NCBI GenBank assembly: GCA_964016885.1
Contig: OZ024742.1
Location: forward strand, 16,740,001-16,804,000
Source: Eledone cirrhosa
Lineage: Eukaryota
Reading direction: 5' to 3'
DNA length: 64,000 bases
In this document: piece after piece, positions 27,001-39,272 of the stretch
Layout of the letters: each line of letters opens with the position of its first letter
Numbering within the stretch: position 1 is the first letter of the stretch
Notes under the pieces: model-generated
What the model was told of the DNA's origin: nothing
Database searches by the model: none
What the model saw: only the letters and a program-made list of their open reading frames with translations
Made by a program: the position numbers and the translations under genes

Positions 27001-30000
27001 GTTTGAGGACTACACAATTCTATCAAACAGGTTAGAAGTACAATCTGACACCTTGAGGAGTTTACAATTCTGTTCAAAGGTATGATGTACAGTCTGACAG
27101 TTTGAGAAGTACACAATTCTATCCAACAGGTTTGCATACAGTCTGACTGTTTGAGGAGTACACACTTCTCTCCAACAGGTTGGAAGAACAGTCTGACAGT
27201 TTGAGGAGTACACAATTCTATCAAAGAAGTACAAAGTACAGTCTGTCAGTTTGAGGAGTACACACTTCTATCAATCTGATGGGAAGTACAGTCTGACAGT
27301 TTGAGGAGTACACACTTCTATCAAACAGGTTCGAAGTACAGTCTGACAGTTTGAGGAGTACACAATTCTATCCAATGAGTTCGAAGTAGAGTCTGACAGT
27401 TTGAGGAGTACACACTTCTATGAAACAGGTTCGAAGTAGAGTCTGACAGTTTGAGGAGTACACACTTCTATCCAACAGGTTGGAAGTACAGTCTGACAGT
27501 TTGAGGAGTATACAATTCTATCCAACAGGTTGGAAGTACAATCTGACAATTTGAGGAGTACACAATTATATACAACAGGTTTGGAACTCATTCTGACAGT
27601 TTTAGGAGTACACAACTGTATCAAACAGGTTGGAAGTACAGTCTGACAGTTTGAGGAGTACACAAGTCTATCCAACAGGTTGGACGTACAGTCTGACAGT
27701 TTGAGGAGTACGCAATTTATCCAATGATTTCGAAGTACAGTCTAACAGTTTGAGAAGTACACACTTCTATCAAACAGGTTCTAAGTACAGTCTGACAGTT
27801 TGAGGACTACACAATTCTATCAAACAGGTTACAAGTACAATCTGACACCTTGAGGAGTTTACAATTCTGTTCAAAGGTATGATGTACAGTCAGACAGTTT
27901 GAGGACTACACAATTCTATCAAACAGGTTTGGAGTACATTCTGAGAGGTTGCGGAGTACACAATTCTATAAACATGTTGGAAGTACAGTTTGACAGTTTG
28001 AGGAGTACAACATTCTAACCAACAGGTTCGAAGTACAGACTGACAGTTTGAGGAATACACAATTCTATCAAACAGGTTGGAAGTACAGACTGACAGGTTA
28101 AGGTATACACAATTCTATCAAACAGGTTTGCATACAGTCTGGCAGTTTGAGGAGTACACACTTCTATCAAACAGGTTGGATGTACAGTCTGTCAGTTTGA
28201 GGAGTACACACTTCTATCAAACTGGTTGGAAGTACAGTCTGACAGTTTGAGGAATACACATTTCTATCAAACTGGTTCGAAGTACAGTCTGACAGTTTGA
28301 GGAGTACACAATTCTATCAAATGATATCGAAGTACAGTCTGATAGACTGAGGAGTACACACTTCTATCAAACAGGTTCGAGGTACAGTCTGACAGTTTGA
28401 GGAGAACACAATTCTATACAACTGGTTTGGAGTAAATTCTGACAGTTTGCGGAGTACACTATTCTATCAAACTGGTTGTAAGTACAGTCTGTCAGTTTGA
28501 GGAGTACACACTTCTATCAAACTGGTTGGAAGTAAAGTCTGACAGTTTGAGGCGTACACACTTCTATCAAACAGGTTCGAAGTACAGTCTGACGGTTTGA
28601 GGAGTACACAATTCTATCCAACAGGTTGGAAGTAGTGTCTGACAGTTTGAGGAGAACACAATTTTATACAACAGATTTGTAGTATATTCTGACAGTTTGC
28701 GGATTACACAATTCTATCAAACAGGTTCGCAGTACAGTCAGACAGTTTGAGGAGTACACAATTATATCAAACAGGTTGGAAGTACGGTCTGACTGTTTGA
28801 GGAGTACCCAATTCTATCAAACAGGTTGGATGTACAGTCTGTCAGTTTGAGGAGTACACACTTCTATCAAACTGGTTGGAAGTACAGTCTGACAGTTTGA
28901 GGAGTACACACTTCTATCAAACTGGTTCGAAGTACAGTCTGACAGTTTGAGGAGTACACAATTCTATCCAATGATATCGAAGTACAGTCTGACAGACTGA
29001 GGAGTACACAATTCTATCAAACAGGTTCGCAGTACAGTCAGACAGTTTGAGGAGTACACAATTATATCAAACAGGTTGGAAGTACGGTCTGACTGTTTGA
29101 GGAGTACCCAATTCTATCAAGCAGGTTGGAGGTACAGTCTGACAGTTTGAGGAGTACAACATTCTATCCAACATGTTCGAAGTACAGTCTGACAGTTTGA
29201 TGAGTACACAATTCTATCCGATGTGTTCGATGTACAGCCTGACAGTTTAAGGAGTACACAATTCTATCGAACAGGTTCGAAGTACAGTCTGACAGTTTGG
29301 GGAGTACACACTTCTATCAAACAGGTTCGACGTACAGTCTGGCAGCTTGAGGTGTACACAATTCTATCCAACAGGTTGGAAGTACAGTCTGACAGTTTGA
29401 GGAGTACACAATTCTATCCAACAGGTTGGAAGTACAGTCTGACAGTTTGAGGAGTACACAAGTCTATCCAACAGGTTGGACGTACAGTCTGACAGTTTGA
29501 GGAGTACGCAATTTATCCAATGATTTCGAAGTACATTATGGCAGTTTGTGGAGGAGTACACAATTCTATCCAACAGGTTGGAAGTACAGTCTGACAGTTT
29601 GAGGATTACACAATTCTGTTCAAAGGTTCGAAGTACAGTCTGACAGTTTGAGAAGTACACACTTCTATCCAACAGGTTTGGAGTACATTCTGAGAGGTTG
29701 CGGAGTACACAATTCTATAAACATGTTGGAAGTACAGTCTGACAGTTTGAGGAGTACAACATTCTAACCAACAGGTTCGAAGTACAGTCTGACAGTTCGA
29801 GAAGTACACACTTCTATCAAACAGGTTCTAAGTACAGTCTGACAGTTTGAGGACTACACAATTCTATCAAACAGGTTAGAAGTACAATCTGACACCTTGA
29901 GGAGTTTACAATTCTGTTCAAAGGTATGATGTACAGTCTGACAGTTTGAGAAGTACACAATTCTATCCAACAGGTTTGCATACAGTCTGACAGTTTGAGG

Positions 30001-33000
30001 AGTACACACTTCTCTCCAACAGGTTGGAAGAACAGTCTGACAGTTTGAGGAGTACACAATTCTATCAAAGAAGTACAAAGTACAGTCTGTCAGTTTGAGG
30101 AGTACACACTTCTATCAATCTGATGGGAAGTACAGTCTGACAGTTTGAGGAGTACACACTTCTATCAAACAGGTTCGAAGTACAGTCTGACAGTTTGAGG
30201 AGTACACAATTCTATCCAATGAGTTCGAAGTAGAGTCTGACAGTTTGAGGAGTACACACTTCTATGAAACAGGTTCGAAGTAGAGTCTGACAGTTTGAGG
30301 AGTACACACTTCTATCCAACAGGTTGGAAGTACAGTCTGACAATTTGAGGAGTATACAAATCTATCCAACAGGTTGGAAGTACAATCTGACAATTTGAGG
30401 AGTACACAATTATATACAACAGGTTTGGAACTCATTCTGACAGTTTTAGGAGTACACAACTCTATCAAACAGGTTGGAAGTACAGTCTGACTGTTTGAGG
30501 AGTACCCAATTCTATCAAATAGGTTGGAATTACAGTCTGACAGTTTGAGAAGTACACAATTCAATCAAACATTTTCGAAGTACAGTCTGACAGTGTGAGG
30601 AGTACACAATCCAACAGGTAGGAAGTACAGTCTGAAAGTTTGAGGATTACACCATTCTATCCAAGAGGTTGGAAGTACAGTCTGAAAGTTTGAGGATTAC
30701 ACCATTCTATCCAACAGGTTAGAAGTACAGTCTGACAGTTTGGGAAGTACACAATTCTATCCAACAGGTTGGAAGTACAGTCTCACGGTTTGAGGAGTAC
30801 ACACTTCTATCCAACAGGTTGGAATTACAGTCTGACAGTTTGAGAAGTACATAATTCTATCCAACAGGTTGGAAGTCAAGTCTGACTGTTTGAGGAGTAC
30901 ACTATTCTATACAACAGGTTTGGAACTCATTCTGACAGTTTGAGGAGTACACAATTCTATAAAGCAGGTTGGAAGTACAGTCTCACAGTTTGAAGAGTAC
31001 TCAATTCTATCAAACGGATTGGAAGTACAGTCTGACAGTTTGAGGAGTACACAATTCTGTCAAACAGGCCCGAAGTACAGTCTGACAGTTTGAGGAGTAC
31101 AAAATTCTATTCAACAGGTTCGAAGTACACTCTGACATGTTAAGGCGTACACAATTCTATCAAACAGGTTGGAAGTACAGCCTGCCAGTTTGAGGAGCAC
31201 ACAATTCTGTTCAAAGGTTAGAAGTACAGTCTGACAGTTTCAGAAGTACACAAATCTATCCAATAATTTCGAAGAACAGTTTGACATTTTGAGAGGTACA
31301 CACTTCTATTCAACAGGTTGGAAGTACAGCCTGACAGTTTGAGGAGTACACCATTCTATCCAACATGTTGGAAGGACAGTTTGACAGTTTGAAGAGTACA
31401 CAATTCTATCTAAAAGATTGGACGTACAGTCTGACAGTTTGAGAAGTACACAATTCTATTAAAATGTTTGGAAGTACAGTCTGTCAGTTTGAGGAGTATA
31501 CACTTCTATCAAACTGGTTGGAAGTACAGTTTGACAGTTTGAGGCGTACACACTTCTATCAAACAGGTTCGAAGTACAGTCTGACTGTTTGAGTAGTACA
31601 CATTTCTATCCAATGAGTTCGAAGTACACTCTGACAATTTGAGGAGTACACACTTCTATCAAACAGGTTCGAAGTAGAGTCTGATAGTTTAAGGAGTACA
31701 CACTTCTATTCAACAGGTTGGAAGTACAGTCTGACAGTTTGAGAGGTACATCATTCTATCCAACAGGTTGGAAGTACAGTCTGACAGTTTGAGGAGTACA
31801 CTATTCTATACAACAAGTTTGGAGTACATTCTGACAGTTTGAGGAGTACACAATTCTATCAAACAGGTTGGAAGTACAGTCTGACAGTTTGAGGAGTACA
31901 TAATTCTATCCAACACGTTGGAAGTACAGTCTGACTGTTTGTGGATTACACTATTCTATACAACAGGCTTGGAACTCATTCTGACAGTTTGAGGAGTACA
32001 CAATTCTATAAAGCAGGTTGGAAGTACAGTCTCACAGTTTGAGAAGTACACAATTCTGTCAAACGGATTGGAAGTACAGTCTGACAGTTTGAGGAGTAGA
32101 TCATTCTATCCAACACGTTGGAAGTACACTCTGACAGTTTGAGGAGTACACACTTCTATCCAACAGGCTGGAAGTACCGTCTGACAGTTTGGGCAGTACA
32201 CAATTCTATCCAACAGGTTCGAAGTACAGTATGACAGTTTGAGGAGTACACACTTCTATCAAACAGGTTCGATGTACAGTGTGGCAGTTTGAGGAGTACA
32301 CAATTCTATCCAACACTTTGGAAGTACAGTCTGACAGTTTGAGTAGTACACAATTCTAACAAACAGATTCGAAGTACAGTCTGACTGTTTGAGGAGTACA
32401 AAATTCTATCCAACAGGTTCGAAGTACATTGTGACAGTTTGAGGAGTACATCATTCTATCCAATATGTTCGAAGTACAGTCTGACAGTTTGAGGAGTACA
32501 CAATTCTATCAAACAGGTTCGAAGTACAATATGACAGTTTGAGGAGTACAACATTTTATCCGATGAGTTCGAAGTACAGTCTGACAGTTTAAGGAGTACC
32601 CCATTCTATCCAACAGGTTGGAATAACAGTTTGACAGTTTGAAGTGTACACAATTCTATCTAAAATATTGGAAGTACAGTCTGACAGTTTGAGAAGTACA
32701 CAATTCTATCAAACTGTTTGGAAGTACAGACTGTCAGTTTGAGGAGTACACACTTCTATCAAACTGGTTGGAAGTACAGTCTGACAGTTTGAGGCGTACA
32801 CACATCTATCAAACAGGTTCGAAGTACAGTCTGACAGTTTGAGGAGCACACAATTCTATCCAATGAGTTCGAAGTACAGTCTGACAGTTTGAGTAGTACA
32901 TACTTCTATCAAACAGGTTCGAAGTAGAGTCTGACAGTTTGAGGAGTACACACTTCTATCCAACAGGTTGGAAGTACAGTCTGACAGTTTGAGAAGTACA

Positions 33001-34797
33001 TAATCCTATCCAACAGGTTTGGAGCTCATTCTGACAGTTTGAGGAGTAAACAATTGTATCAAACAGGTTGGAAGTACAGTCTCACAGTTTGAGGAGTACA
33101 CAATTCTATCAAACGGATTGGAAGTATAGTCTGACAGTTTGAGAAGTACACAATTCTATCAAACAGGTTCGAAGTACAGTTTGACAGTTTGAGGAGTACA
33201 CAATTCTATCCAACACGTTGGAAGTACAGTCTGACAGTTTGAGGAGTACATAATTCTATCAAACAGGTTCAAAGTACAGTCTGACAGTGTGAGGAGTACA
33301 CAATCCAACAGGTTGGAAGTACAGTCTGACAGTTTGGGAACTACACAATTCTATCCAACAGGTTGGAAGTACAGTCTCACAGTTTGAGGAGTACACACTT
33401 CTATCAAACAGGTTCGAAGTACAGACTGACATTTCGAGGAGTACAACATTCTATCCAACAGGTTCGAAGTGCAGTCTGACAGTTTGATGAGTACACAATT
33501 CTATGCAACAGGTTGGAAGTACAGTTTGACAGTTTGAGAAATACACAATTCTATCCAACAGGTTGGAAGTACAGTCTGACAGTTTGAGGAGTACACAATT
33601 CTATCCAACAGGTTGGAAGTACAGTCTGACAGTTTGAGGAGTACACAATTCTATCCAACAGGTGGGAATTACAGTTTGACAGTTTGAGGAGTACACAATT
33701 CTATCCAACCTGTTGGAAGTATTGTTTGACAGTTTGAGGAGTACACACTTCTATCAAACAGGATCGATGTACAGTCTGGCAGTTTGAGGAGTACACAATT
33801 CTATCCAACAGGTTTGAAGTACAGTCTGACAGTTTGAGGAGTACACCCATCTATCAAACAGGATCGATGTACAGTCTGACAGTTTGAGGAGTACACTATT
33901 CTATCCAACAGTTTGGAAGTACAGTCTGACAGTTTAAGGAGTACACAATTCTATCAAACAGGTTTGAAGTACAGTCTCCCAGTTTGAGGAGTACACACTT
34001 CTATCAAACAGGATCGATGTACAGTCTGGCAGTTTGAGGAGTACACAATTCTATCTAACAGGTTCTAAGTACAGTCTGACAGTTTGAGGAGTACACACTT
34101 CTATCCAACAGTTTGGAAGTACAGTCTGACCTTTTGAGGAGTACACAATTCTATCAAACAGGTTGGAAGTACAGTCTCACAGTTTGAGGAGTACACAATT
34201 CTATCAAACGGATTGGACGTACAGTCTGACAGTTTGAGAAGTACACAATTCTATTAAACAGGTTCGAAGTACAGTTTGACAGTTTGAGGAGTACACAATT
34301 CTATCCAACACGTTGGAAGTACAGTCTGACAGTTTGAGGAGTACATAATTCTATCAAACTGGTTCAAAGTACAGTCTGACAGTGTGAGGAGTACACAATG
34401 CAACAGGTTGGAAGTACAGTCTGAAAGTTTGAGGATTACACCATTCTATCCAACAGGTTGGAAGTACAGTCTGACAGTTTGGGAAGTACACAATTCTATC
34501 CAACAGGTTGGAAGTACAGTCTCACAGTGTGAGGAGTACACACTTCTATCAAACAGGTTCGAAGTACAGTCTGACATTTTGAGGAGTACAAAATTCTATC
34601 TAACAGGTTCGAAGTACATTGTGACAGTTTGAGGAGTACACAATTCTATCCAATAAGTTCGAAGTACAGTCTGACAGTTTGAGGAGTACACAATTCTATC
34701 AAACAGGTTCGAAGTACAATCTGACAGTTTGAGGAGTACAACATTCTATCCGATGAGTTCGAAGTACAATCTGACAGTTTGAGGAGTACACAATTCT
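6035..34797. repeat. 50-bp tandem satellite, ~575 monomers
   Basis: Consensus GAAGTACAGTCTGACAGTTTGAGGAGTACACAATTCTATC(C/A)AACAGGTT(G/C). tacagtctga recurs at 6041, 6091, 6141 and onward. Orientation is uniform and no insertions are seen. Confidence 0.98.
22700..30490. repeat. Higher-order repeat of the satellite (~2.84 kb, ~57 monomers, about three copies; the middle copy lacks ~650 bp)
   Basis: Rare variants recur: tcaaagaagtacaaag at ~25027/27221/30065, tacattatggcag at ~24494/26688/29532, and gtaaattctgac at ~23394/28432 only. Duplicated ORFs are offset by 2194, 2794 and 2844. Confidence 0.9.
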
Positions 34798-35124
34798 TTC
34801 TGTCGCCACAGAATTATATTCAGTATTATTATTATGATTATATTCTCGCTTCAGTTCAACAGTTCTACAGTTTATTGTGCTTCATTGTGGCGAAATAGAA
34901 ATTACTGTTCCTTGTTTAATTACCTACACATATAAGGAAGTAAACAAGAAAGGACACTTCTTTCATCAGCATCGCTTCCATATTAGCTATGACAGGCCCA
35001 AGGGGCCAACGTAAGTACATATACTTCAGGTATCAAAAACTGTGTATCAACATCAAAAACACAAAGAAAATCAAATAACAAATAACCACGAATAACCACA
35101 ACAATGGCTTGAATGACATACCAA

Positions 35125-35413
35125 CAGGGCCGGATTTAATGAGGGACAAAGCGGGTAATTGCCCTGGGCCCCTTACAGTGGAGGTGGGGGCACTAGCGAC
35201 GGCCTTAGCAATTTATTTGTGCCCTCAGCTGGGCCTTTTAGTTTTAGGATGGTTGGAATGTTTGAATTCAATACCTGTATGTATAACTTTTCAATTTTCA
35301 ATGTAAAATTGGAGGGTTTGCAGTGTATTCTAATTTTTTGTGTATGAGACCCCCCCCCCCCCCCCTCAAACTTGAAGTACCCCAGGGCCCCCCAAGGTCT
35401 TAATATAACCCTG
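35125..35413. mobile_element. Degenerate hAT-like MITE
   Basis: Terminal inverted repeats cagggccggatttaa ... ttaatataaccctg, with sub-terminal ccctgggcccc/cccagggcccc motifs. The 8-bp flanks match partly (cataccaa / catacact). Confidence 0.6.
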
Positions 35414-36003
35414 CATACACTGACAGGTAACAAATAAACAACAAAATATGTCAAACTGCTCACTTGATATGAACAACTTCGATGGAGTTTTACAGAATTC
35501 CACCTTCGGTTAAGTATAATTTATTTCTTTACAGACCTTCAACATTTAAGTCATTTCTAATATTTCCCAATTACAATTGATGAACAAGTTATTCAAATCT
35601 AACATGGAGTAGACATGTAATACCTACGAATCATACTGTTATATTTGGGGAGGGTCATGTTGTCCCAATATTGTCAAAATATAGTAAAACTCTCCCCATT
35701 CTCCCTCCCTTTCTTCCGTGGTCTCATAGTCTTTACTTTTCCCCTCCTTTTCCTTCCATTTATGGCATTTATAGCCTTTCCCCTACTTCCCTACACAGTC
35801 ATACCTGTCCTTCTTTACCCACTCCACTCTCTTCGTTGCTTGGTTTTGTTTTTATATTCTTTTTTCTTTTGTCTCTTTCTTTCATATTTCCATCAATATC
35901 TGCAATATCTATTTATACAACTGTGAATTGATTTATTGTCTGTAATTGCAGACCAATATCAACATTACTTTGAACTTTCATTGAGTCATATTCACCGGTC
36001 AAT

Positions 36004-36191
36004 AATAATTGTTTCTACTTTCGACACAAGGCCAGTAATTAACCAGTACATTACTGGTACTTTATTTTATCGACCTCGTAAGGATGAAAAGCAAAGTTAA
36101 CCTCGGTGGGATTTGAACTCAGATCGTAAAGGGACGTAACTATGCTGGAAAGCATGTCCGACCCTCCACCAATACTGCCAATCCACCGCCC
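36004..36191 (-). mobile_element. tRNA-derived SINE with target-site duplication
   Basis: B-box GAGTTCAAATCCC on the minus strand and a central cttttcatccttacgaggtcgataaaataaagtaccag domain. tcaccggtcaataataat is duplicated at 35992-36009 and 36192-36209. Confidence 0.85.
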
Positions 36192-36210
36192 TCACCGGTC
36201 AATAATAATA

Positions 36211-36372
36211 CAGTGGAGAGTGTCAACAGAACGTTAGCTAGAATGCTTTGCGGTATTTATTCCAGCTCTCTCCGTTCTGAGTTCAAATCTCATCGGTGTC
36301 GGCTTTGCTTTTTATTTAAGGGTGGTGCCCCAGCATGGCCTCAGACGGATGGCTGGAACAGGTAAAAGAGTA
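36211..36372 (+). mobile_element. Internally deleted tRNA-derived SINE of a related family
   Basis: ctgagttcaaatc B-box, followed by a gggtggtgccccagcatggcc...ggaacaggtaaaaga tail. Confidence 0.6.
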
Positions 36373-37612
36373 ATGTCATGAACAATAAGAATGAATTATT
36401 TAAATAATAGAAATATTATGTATTAACTCCCTACACTCCCAACATTGACATGATAATTATATATTAAATAACCAATACATAGCTAAACATGATCAAACTC
36501 TAACATAACCAGACCTGCCCAATTCTAAAAACCCAAATAAGGAGTACCATGAAACCAAGTGGCCCCAAACGTGGAGAAATGAGGCAAAATTGGGAGATTT
36601 TACATAATGAAAACTATACCCATTTTCACAAGAGAAGACATCTCTCACCTACCCCAAAGTGGGTGGGAGATCTCCCCGTCCGACGGGGAGAGTCGACAGG
36701 TCTGCATAACTTAAAACCTCCAGGTAAAATCAAACTCTTTCTTTTCACTCCTGCAACAATTAAGTAAATCATTTCCATCATTTCACATTTGCAGACGACA
36801 ATTGATTATGGTGAAGCAGTGATATTCTCCGTTGGGATATATTTCCAGACAATAGCTATCATACAACACTTATAATGAGGACAACACCAGAGTCTACTTA
36901 AATTTGAAGGCATATATTACAAGAAAATAATGAAAATCGTTCGTCATATTGCTGTTTCTTTCACTAAAGATCTCCATCCATCCTTTTGTAAATAACATTA
37001 TATGTCAACAGAAGATTTGTTACTGCTTCATTTACTGAACGTTAGTAGCTGAAGCCTTGAGCGCTCATCCATCTCACTTCCTGACATAATTTCCCGCCTC
37101 TACCTACCATAGCCGTTTCACTAAGTAAACCATCACTTTAGTCACACAACTGCCTGCAGCTATTTTACTCAACTAGTGTAGTTCCATCAAAAGTAAATAA
37201 ATGACTTGATACACTCATAATAAACTGAAAGAAAAATCAGCTAAATAAAAGCAAATAAGTTGACATAATAAACTCTAAATATTAAACACTCACGCCCTCA
37301 ATGCTACCCACTCCCTCTGTTTATAGAATCTTCTTTACACCCCCATACAATAGCTGAAGTGTTTAAACAAGAATTTCTTTTTACCGCTGTTTAATCAGGG
37401 AACTCTCCATGTAGTATAATTATTTCATCAAGTCTGTTCGGTTAAGATTATGTAATCCATCAAAAGAATAAATATGAACTACAATTCTTGCCCATGAGAA
37501 GCCTACTGACCAGCTTCAAAACACAACCTGCAAACTGAGGTTGTACATAATATACATACATATGTATACATACATTCATACATATGCATACGTATATATA
37601 TGTATATATATG

Positions 37613-37701
<89 letters not shown>

Positions 37702-37957
37702 GGGATAACAAATTATTGTTATAGGTAGTCCACTTAGATGTAGTCCAGTTATGGTACTCCGAGTAGTGGATAGTATCAACGCTTGGCTAAGTTTGACTCA
37801 ACAAGGCGTTTCCATAGTGATGTTGCGAGTACGCGGTGATTTCTATGTTGTTTACACTTGGAGTAATGATAAATCAGGAAAGAAGAGTGACACGGTTTGC
37901 TATACAATAAGGGCTTTATTCACATTGCTGACAATTGTTTCTCTGAACTGGTAGGTC

Positions 37958-38258
37958 TGAGAAGAAACTGTCAGGAGAGCTAGACAGCAGAAGGTATTCA
38001 GGGAAGATACCCCCAGGAGAGCTAGACAGCAGAAGGTCTTCAGAGAAGAAACTATCAGGACAGCTGGACAGCAGAAGGTCTTCAGGGAAGAAACTCTCTG
38101 GAGAGATGGACAGCAGAAGGTCTTCAGGGAAGAAACTCTCAGGAGAGCTGGACAGCAGGTCTTCAGAGAAGAAGCTATCAGGAGAGCTGGACAGCAGAAG
38201 CTCTTCAGAGAAGAAACTATCAGGAGAGCTGAACAGCAGAAGGTCTTCAGAGAAGAAA
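37958..38258. repeat. 42-bp minisatellite, ~7 copies
   Basis: Unit agaagaaactctcaggagagctggacagcagaaggtcttcag. It produces the 14-aa repeat VSSLKTFCCPALL in ORF 37900-38325. Confidence 0.9.
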
Positions 38259-38604
38259 CCCCTCCCAAGCGAGTGTTTCGACCCTTAATATAGAAAGTTA
38301 GAATAAATAAAAAATAAAAACACAAACAGAGATAAATTAAAGATATATATTTAAAAAAGTGGAATTTAATAGAAATCTAATGTTATATATATATATATAT
38401 ACGCCACAGATATATATATATTATTCGGACAAAGGTGACTCACGGAGAGATGTTCCTCTCTCACTCACACAACTCTCTCCACACACACACACATTTATAA
38501 GTTTGTAAATTTGTAAATTTATTAATTTATAAATATATAATAAATTGAAGTGAAAGCAACTGGTGCGTGTGTTTCTTATTGGCAACATGACCCTCCCAAA
38601 GTAT

Positions 38605-38701
<97 letters not shown>

Positions 38702-38865
38702 AATATACACGGGTGTGTATGATTGTGTATAGAAGATTATATTAATATTAATAAGAGGAATTCCAACTTTGTCTGATTTACTCGTTTTATTTACAATCCT
38801 TTAAAATATATATAATGGTATTATAATGAAATAGTATGATAGAATATTAAATTCTAAGTGTTAAT

Positions 38866-38904
38866 TGAACAAGTACTTTCATGCTTTCGCAATCTTCAGG
38901 TTCA
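38866..38904 (-). ncRNA. Minimal type I hammerhead in the 3' pLTR of the Penelope-like element
   Basis: UGAAC-CUGAAGA-U UGC gaaa GCA U-GAAA-GUAC-UU^-GUUCA. The core is canonical and stem III is the palindrome AAGUACUU. Confidence 0.85.
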
Positions 38905-39272
38905 TGATATGTGGTGACAGTCGAGTTTGCAATTTTCAACTGTAATGAGATGGGTAAATTTCCTACCTTTTATACATTTTATACAGAGAAAAGTGGCTCC
39001 AGAATGCAAAGCCCTGTAAACTGTATTTCGACCAATCAGTGTGTAGTTTCACTGAATTACTACAGCTGATTGGTTTAAGCGTCACGGCTGGTTGAGCATG
39101 CTAACGACCAATAGTCATATCAAAAGTATCAATTGTTTTGCTTTTTGAAATGATGAAAATAGCATTTTCTATTAATCATCACCATCAACATCACTTTTAT
39201 TATTATTATTATTGTTGTTGTTGTTAGTGGTCGTGGTCATAGTGGTAGTAGAAGTAATACCCCTAGGCGTTA

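Noticed and set aside
7284-34632. Many Cys-rich 60-113 aa ORFs read as a repeat protein
   Set aside because: A 50-bp period cycles through all frames, and stops recur about every 150 nt on both strands. The ORFs appear only where a stop has mutated.
6035-34797. CRISPR-like array
   Set aside because: Monomers are contiguous with no unique spacers, no cas genes are present, and the context is eukaryotic.
37770-37880. Minus-strand GAAACGC..GCGUU hammerhead 3' half
   Set aside because: The hairpin is present, but no matching YUGANRA core or stem I partner was found upstream.
37900-38325. 141-aa Cys-repeat protein
   Set aside because: It is a by-product of a 42-bp minisatellite, with no supporting gene structure.
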